From an uncultured Clostridia bacterium (GTDB lineage Bacteria > Bacillota > Clostridia > Christensenellales > CAG-917), in the NCBI GenBank assembly GCA_944349635.1, contig CALVNH010000001.1:212385-276384 (forward strand): a stretch of DNA of 64,000 nucleotides. The letters are read 5' to 3'. The notes under the pieces were generated by a model. It did not search any database. It had not been told where the DNA came from and worked only from the letters and a program-made list of their open reading frames with translations. This document shows, piece after piece, positions 59,252 to 64,000 of this stretch (position 1 is the first letter of the stretch; every line of letters begins with the position of its first letter). The translations under genes and the position numbers were made by a program.

Positions 59252-60933
59252 TCCGCGTCGGTTTTTTCGGGTTCTCCTTCAACCGCCTCGAACGCCGCCT
59301 CGGGTACGTCGCCCTGCTCGCGCTCTCCGTCGACATCCGCACCACCTTCTCCGTCGGCAGTGCCTGCGGGATAACCGCCCGGGTCGGTCTTGCCGTACAG
59401 TTCGTGCACCAGCGCGGTCCTTTCGGCTTCCTCTTCTTCGGTGAGAACGGTGCCCGCCTTGCGTGCTTCGATGAAGTAGCGCACACGAGAGAGTTTCCTG
59501 TTGTTTATCTTATAACGGAAAGACGCAAAAAGCGCTATCGAAATGAGCACCACGATGGCAAGTCCCATCACCAGTTTGATTGCAAGCAAGGCTTCGTCCG
59601 ACTGGTCGCCGGGAGTTCTGCGCTCCACGTAACCTGCGGCACCGAGAATCCAGCCCACAATGCCGACGCCCAGAGCTCCCGCGATTTTGCGCACGAGAGT
59701 CATCATTCCGCTGTAAGTGCCCGTGGGACGGTCGCCCGTCGCCATCTGCGCGATATCCACGGTGTCGGGGAAGATAATCCAGGGCATCATCTGCGCTCCG
59801 CCGAAGCCGAAGCCCATGACCAACGCCACGACGGGGACAACCCAGGAAGGCGTCCAGGAGGGGTCCATGACGGCAAGCATTATGCCCGCCGCAATGTAGC
59901 AAGGCAATCCCATGCGGAACGCAAACTGTTTGCTCTTCTTGTCCATGACGTAACGCGCAAGCGGGAACACGAGGAATGCCGCCACCATGAGAGGCGCGAT
60001 GATGAAGAGCGAGGACATATCCATGCTGCCGAACACCTTTTGTCCCGCCCATACGTCCGTTGCGTAGTAAACGGCAAGTGCGGAAATCATGTCCATGCAC
60101 ATGAACGCCGAAACATACATAACGATATGCCAGCGATAAGAACGGTTTTTATAAGGCTCGGCGTAATTTTTGAGGAATTTTTTGAAATCGAATTTCTCTT
60201 TCGGCGCGGAAACCTTGATGCGCTCTTTCACGAACAGTCCCGTAACAATGAGACCGCCGCCGAACAGCACGCCGAAAATCAAGCAAATTGCAAGCCAGAA
60301 ATCCGTGTGCGACATATGAGGCACAAACATATAACCGTCGTCGGAAATCAGAGCTTCTATAAAAAGCAGGGGCAGCACGTAGGCAAGTCCGCTTGCCGCC
60401 GCATTGAAAACAAGTTTGACCGTGTTGGCGTTGTTGCGCTCTCTGAACGACGGCGAAATGTCACTCGCCATCGAACAGTACGGCACCATTGTAATCGTGG
60501 AAAACGTGTTCCACAACAAATACATTATCAATATCCAGGCGACGAGACCGGGGATGTTGTCCGCCGCGATGATTCCCCATTCCGTAACCGGCAGGAAAAG
60601 AAGGAAAATTCCCACAAGCAACAGTATGCCGCCCACAAACATATAAGGTTTTCGTCTGCCGTATCTGCCCCTCGTGTTGTCGCTTATGAATCCCATAAGA
60701 GGGTCGGTAATGGCGTCCCAGATTTTGGAAATCATCATCAGGGTCGACGCCGTGGCAATCGGGATTCCCAATCCGTACTCCATGTATTTCAACATGACGC
60801 AGGACATCAGTGCAACACCGCCGCCGTCCATGAACGCTCCGCAGCCGTAAGCCAGCTTTTCTTTTACGGGCACGTAATCGGGCGACTGTTTGTAAGATAA
60901 GTCTTTCGTTTTTCCGGAAGCCTTTTTGGACAT
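59248..60933 (-). CDS. MFS transporter, GPH:cation symporter family, with an acidic C-terminal tail of about 90 aa
   Basis: LAYGCGAFMDGGGVA...SKIWDAITDPLMGFISDNTRGRYGRRKPY. Confidence 0.8.
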   Translation of the reverse strand: MSKKASGKTKDLSYKQSPDYVPVKEKLAYGCGAFMDGGGVALMSCVMLKYMEYGLGIPIATASTLMMISKIWDAITDPLMGFISDNTRGRYGRRKPYMFVGGILLLVGIFLLFLPVTEWGIIAADNIPGLVAWILIMYLLWNTFSTITMVPYCSMASDISPSFRERNNANTVKLVFNAAASGLAYVLPLLFIEALISDDGYMFVPHMSHTDFWLAICLIFGVLFGGGLIVTGLFVKERIKVSAPKEKFDFKKFLKNYAEPYKNRSYRWHIVMYVSAFMCMDMISALAVYYATDVWAGQKVFGSMDMSSLFIIAPLMVAAFLVFPLARYVMDKKSKQFAFRMGLPCYIAAGIMLAVMDPSWTPSWVVPVVALVMGFGFGGAQMMPWIIFPDTVDIAQMATGDRPTGTYSGMMTLVRKIAGALGVGIVGWILGAAGYVERRTPGDQSDEALLAIKLVMGLAIVVLISIALFASFRYKINNRKLSRVRYFIEARKAGTVLTEEEEAERTALVHELYGKTDPGGYPAGTADGEGGADVDGEREQGDVPEAAFEAVEGEPEKTDAE

Positions 60934-61163
60934 ATCCTTCTCCCTTGCGCGTAATCAAATAAATGATAACACACGCGCACGCTCACGCGCAAGAGAAAAA
61001 GACGTCAGAACCGCCGTTTTTTAATGATATTTTCATAAAATAAGAAACGGATTTGTAAAATTCCTCACACGGAAAAGCCTATCCGAACAGCTGTCTAAAA
61101 CCTTTTCCAAGACGTATTCACTCTCCTCGCAAAAAGTTTTCCGCCCTTTCGGGATTCGCCTTA

Positions 61164-61269
61164 CCACGCGCCGTCCGTGCCGCGTCAGCCTCGGGTGAGA
61201 ATGCCCGCGTCCAAAAGAAAAACGCATTTGATTTCCAAATGCGTTTTGTGGTGGAGACGAGGGGATTCG
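61164..61269. repeat. 106 bp duplicate of the tRNA-Ala 3' end (21 nt) plus terminator and downstream flank
   Basis: Identical to 61382-61487 except for 1 mismatch (GCCCGCGTCC vs GCCCACGTCC). The offset is 218 bp. Confidence 0.9.
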
Positions 61270-61381
61270 TAAGGAGCAATGCGACGGAATAGCGGACAGC
61301 AGACGGCAACGCATTCTCTGTCAACATACTTTCGCTTTCAAACCGCAATGCTCGCTTCGGTTGCCGTTGCAAGGTCAATTC

Positions 61382-61487
61382 CCACGCGCCGTCCGTGCCG
61401 CGTCAGCCTCGGGTGAGAATGCCCACGTCCAAAAGAAAAACGCATTTGATTTCCAAATGCGTTTTGTGGTGGAGACGAGGGGATTCG
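61382..61487. repeat. 106 bp repeat, the copy attached to the intact tRNA-Ala
   Basis: See 61164-61269. Confidence 0.9.
61431..61464 (-). terminator. Terminator directly after tRNA-Ala (duplicated at about 61213-61246)
   Basis: Minus strand has AAACGCATTTG-GAAAT-CAAATGCGTTT, then TTCTTTT. Confidence 0.75.
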
Positions 61488-61542
61488 AACCCCTGGCCTA
61501 TGCGTTGCGAACGCATCGCTCTACCAACTGAGCCACGCCCCC
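61467..61542 (-). tRNA. tRNA-Ala (anticodon CGC), CCA encoded
   Basis: Hand-folded: acceptor GGGGGCG/CGTCTCC with the G3:U70 Ala identity pair, anticodon loop TTCGCAA, and T-arm AGGGG-TTCGAAT-CCCCT. Confidence 0.9.
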
Positions 61543-61563
61543 GTTGTGCCGATTAGCATTGCT

Positions 61564-61591
61564 ATTATAGCACAATCGGCGGATTTGGCAA
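61564..61591 (-). promoter_or_regulatory. SigA-type promoter of tRNA-Ala
   Basis: Minus strand reads TTGCCA, a 16 nt spacer, TATAAT, then a 21 nt leader. Confidence 0.6.
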
Positions 61592-61697
61592 GGATTTTAC
61601 TCTAATTTCTGTTTTTGATTCGGTCTTTCGCAAAACGGTGAAACCTCGCACGTTTTCGCGTCACACAGAGCGTCTGCAAAGAGAGTTTTGACGCAGC

Positions 61698-62261
61698 TCA
61701 CACGTTTTTGATGAATTTTGCCGGGACTCCGCCCACCACCGTGCGGGGCGAAACGTCTCCGGTTACCACGGCACCCGCCGCCACAACGGCGCCGTCGCCC
61801 ACGGTTACGCCCGCCAAAATCGTGGCGTGAGAGCCTATCCAGACGTTTTTTCCTATTTTCACGGGAGCGGCTTTCATATCGCCGCGCTTTTCGGGGTCAA
61901 GCGCATGATTCAGTGTGGCAATGACGACCTGATGACCGATGAGCGCACCGTCTCCTATCTCGATGCCGCCCTGGTCCTGAAAACAGCAAGCCGAATTGAC
62001 GAAAACGTTTTCGCCCAACACGATGTTTTTCCCGCAATCGGTGTAAAACGGCGGAAAAAGCCTGAACGAGGACGGCACTTCTCTGCCCGTCAGGCGGGAA
62101 AACAGCTCGACGATTTCTTCTGCCGTGTGGTATCTGCCGTTGAGTTCGGCGGTGATTTTTCTCGCCTCGTCGGCATAGGCGTGAAAGAACTCGTGCACGT
62201 CGGAACCCGCCTCGACGTAAGGCTGTCCCGCCATAAATTCTCTGAATTCTTCAAGCGTCAT
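61698..62261 (-). CDS. maa: Maltose/galactoside O-acetyltransferase-like (left-handed beta-helix) acetyltransferase
   Basis: Hexapeptide repeats IGKNVWIGSHATILAGVTVGDGAVVAAGAVVTGDV and an N-terminal Mac domain. Confidence 0.8.
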   Translation of the reverse strand: MTLEEFREFMAGQPYVEAGSDVHEFFHAYADEARKITAELNGRYHTAEEIVELFSRLTGREVPSSFRLFPPFYTDCGKNIVLGENVFVNSACCFQDQGGIEIGDGALIGHQVVIATLNHALDPEKRGDMKAAPVKIGKNVWIGSHATILAGVTVGDGAVVAAGAVVTGDVSPRTVVGGVPAKFIKNV

Positions 62262-62353
62262 AATAACCTCCGCATCGGCTATATTTTACGTCATAACAAA
62301 CGGAACGTAAAGCCCGAAAACCGATAATCGGAAATTTTGCGGAAATCACAATG

Positions 62354-62384
62354 AAAAAAGGACGCGATTTCCGCGTCCTTTTTT
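62354..62384. terminator. Bidirectional terminator
   Basis: A6, then GGACGCG-ATTTC-CGCGTCC, then T6. Confidence 0.7.
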
Positions 62385-62463
62385 GCCGACATTTTCACGC
62401 CGTCTTCGTACCGTGGGTACGGAGACACGGAGCAAAGAATTCCCGATTGGCGTTCAGACATCC

Positions 62464-62724
62464 TTACGGCGACGGCGCCTGTTCCGCGTCCGCCGCAAAC
62501 CGTACCGGCGGACTCTGCTCTTCCTCTCCGAAAAGAGAAAGTGCGGAACATATCCCCGCGGCGACGTCGGTTGCATTCACGGCAACGACCGCCGCGTCCT
62601 CTCCCGCAAGTTCTTCGTAATCGATTTCCACGGGCGTATAAGGAATGCCGAGCGCACAAGCCACTGCGGACACCGCAACGGAAATCAGGGTGACAACGAT
62701 GACAACTATTTTCTTTTTGCTCAT
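62464..62724 (-). CDS. Small putative lipoprotein, unknown function
   Basis: AAGGAG RBS. MSKKKIVVIVVTLISVAVSAVAC has a lipobox-like SAVAC. Confidence 0.5.
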   Translation of the reverse strand: MSKKKIVVIVVTLISVAVSAVACALGIPYTPVEIDYEELAGEDAAVVAVNATDVAAGICSALSLFGEEEQSPPVRFAADAEQAPSP

Positions 62725-62933
62725 AGACTCTGTCTCCTTTTTCTTATTTGCGTTACGAGACAGTCTGTCGGCAAAAAAATAGTAAGCGAAAATTGTTGAA
62801 AACGGCAGAAATTATGTCAAACTTCAAAAGAGAGCGCACCTCGTCCGTCTGTCCGCGGCGTGCTCCGACGCTCAAAACCGTTCACCGCGGGAATGCGACG
62901 CTCCGCCCGAATGCCGAAGGAAAGCAAGGGAAG

Positions 62934-63413
62934 TCAGCTCTCTGCATTGCTCCCCTTTTTCTTTTCATCGCGCTTTTTTTTGAAAAATTCTCCCAGTAGT
63001 CTTGCGGACTCTTCGCGCAGATGTCCGCCTTCAACTTCGATGTCGTGATTGAAAAGCCCCTTTTCGAAAAGGTTTATCCTGCTTCCAGCCGCACCCGTCT
63101 TTTCGTCGTACGCGCCGAAATAAAGACTGCGGATTCTGGCGTTTATCATTGCTCCCGCACACATGGCGCAGGGTTCCAGCGTGACGTAAACGTCGCAGTT
63201 TTCCAGCCACCAGTTGCCCACGACCTCCGCCGCCGCGCTCAACGCCACCGTTTCGGCGTGACGGAGCGCGTTGTTCTCGGACTCCTTGCGGTTGCCGCCC
63301 TCGGCGATTATCTCTCCGTTTTTCACGACCACGGCACCGACGGGAACTTCGTCCCTCTCGGCGCATTCCGCGGCGATTTCCAGTGCTCTCGCCATAAAGA
63401 TTTCGTCGTACAT
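62934..63413 (-). CDS. tadA: tRNA adenosine(34) deaminase
   Basis: HAE...PCAMCAG zinc motifs. Confidence 0.9.
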   Translation of the reverse strand: MYDEIFMARALEIAAECAERDEVPVGAVVVKNGEIIAEGGNRKESENNALRHAETVALSAAAEVVGNWWLENCDVYVTLEPCAMCAGAMINARIRSLYFGAYDEKTGAAGSRINLFEKGLFNHDIEVEGGHLREESARLLGEFFKKKRDEKKKGSNAES

Positions 63414-63436
63414 AAAACCTCCTTTTCCGCCTCTGC

Positions 63437-63895
63437 CTATTTGTGATAGGGCGTTCCCGCGTTTATCGTCATGGCACGATAAAGCTGTTCGGCAAGCATA
63501 ACCCTGAACAGTTGGTGAGGAAAGGTCATCTCACCGAAGGACACCGTTTCGTCCGCACGCGCAAGCACGCCGTCCGAAAGCCCGTGACTGCCGCCGATAA
63601 GAAAACTGAACTCGGAATCTCCCGCCGAACATCTGCGTTTTATCAGTTCCGCCAGCGCGGGACTGGACAGTTTCTTGCCCCTGCCGTCCAACGCAATCAC
63701 GCAACCGGACGCTTTGGTCAGCAGTTCCGCGCCTTCCGTTTCCTTCTGCTCATTTGCGGATTTTGCGGGCGGAGCCGCAGGCACTTCAATCACGCGGAAA
63801 TCGCAGTACGCGCCCATGCGTTTTGCATACTCCGCAACGGCGTCGGCAAAATATTTTTCTTTGAGCCGTCCGACGGCAACGATATTTATGCGCAC
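63437..63895 (-). CDS. rlmH: 23S rRNA (pseudouridine1915-N3)-methyltransferase RlmH
   Basis: GTG start (VRINIVAVGRLKEKYF) with GGAGGAG 7 nt upstream. SPOUT C-terminus GGSHGLS...HQLFRVMLAEQLYRA. Confidence 0.85.
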   Translation of the reverse strand: MRINIVAVGRLKEKYFADAVAEYAKRMGAYCDFRVIEVPAAPPAKSANEQKETEGAELLTKASGCVIALDGRGKKLSSPALAELIKRRCSAGDSEFSFLIGGSHGLSDGVLARADETVSFGEMTFPHQLFRVMLAEQLYRAMTINAGTPYHK

Positions 63896-63897
63896 AA

Positions 63898-64000
63898 TCA
63901 ACTCCTCCACACCCAACTGAACACGGTTGCCGCAACACCCATTGCAACGGTTATCCACAGCAAGACGTCTTTGCGCAACGGCAACGCGCCGACCGCCGCA
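63898..64000 (-). CDS. Window-edge partial CDS (C-terminal 33 aa of a membrane protein)
   Basis: Own translation: ...AAVGALPLRKDVLLWITVAMGVAATVFSWVWRS*. The TGA at 63898-63900 sits just before the rlmH GTG. Confidence 0.3.
   Translation of the reverse strand, partial: AAVGALPLRKDVLLWITVAMGVAATVFSWVWRS

Noticed and set aside
61033-61378. The 93 aa and 86 aa minus-strand ORFs near tRNA-Ala.
   Set aside because: They run through the duplicated tRNA fragment and terminator, are low-complexity and have no RBS.
61164-61599. A simple 218 bp tandem duplication as the explanation for the tRNA-Ala repeat.
   Set aside because: A tandem duplication predicts that 61270-61381 would match 61488-61599 (the tRNA body). 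The two segments are unrelated by eye, so only the 106 bp segment is duplicated.

Overview
This 64 kb window is mostly core housekeeping chromosome. It looks Firmicutes/Clostridia-like, inferred from tRNA genes that encode CCA, GGAGG ribosome-binding sites, and TTGACA-17-TAYAAT promoters. About 85% of genes are on the minus strand.

Core content:
- Ribosomal and translation genes: rplL, rplJ, rplA, rplK, nusG, secE, rpmG (not in the ORF track, found by hand), tuf, fusA, rpsG, rpsL and an L7Ae-like gene.
- Next block: tsaD, prfB, secA, comFC, recD2, metK, rpoC, rpoB.
- Others: rqcP-like, fused ispDF, rpsI/rplM, rsmI, rplI, tadA, rlmH, mgsA, a Na+-translocating oxaloacetate decarboxylase operon ending in birA, tRNA-Ser(GCU) and tRNA-Ala(CGC).

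Accessory content:
- A TasA-like exported protein paired with a SipW-shaped membrane protein.
- A GH31 glycosidase with an XRE-cupin regulator.
- Two separate GPH-symporter/metallophosphoesterase pairs.
- An AT-richer islet of about 2 kb next to tRNA-Ser. It carries three tightly coupled tiny ORFs, one with 8 Cys in 50 aa.
- A HicB-like remnant.

Non-coding structure:
- A pair of 111 bp direct repeats with mutually exclusive hairpins.
- A 106 bp duplication of the tRNA-Ala 3' end plus its terminator.
- Many near-consensus promoters. Three sit 6-9 nt from a start codon, which suggests leaderless mRNAs.
- A promoter/leader cassette shared by the two tRNA genes.

I found no recognisable defence system, CRISPR array, transposase or integrase. 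I cannot point to a complete novel system with confidence. The best candidates for follow-up are the SipW-like/TasA-like pair, the tRNA-Ser islet mini-operon, the repeat pairs and the GPH-phosphoesterase loci. All functional calls rest on my own motif recognition in the translations; no database search was run.
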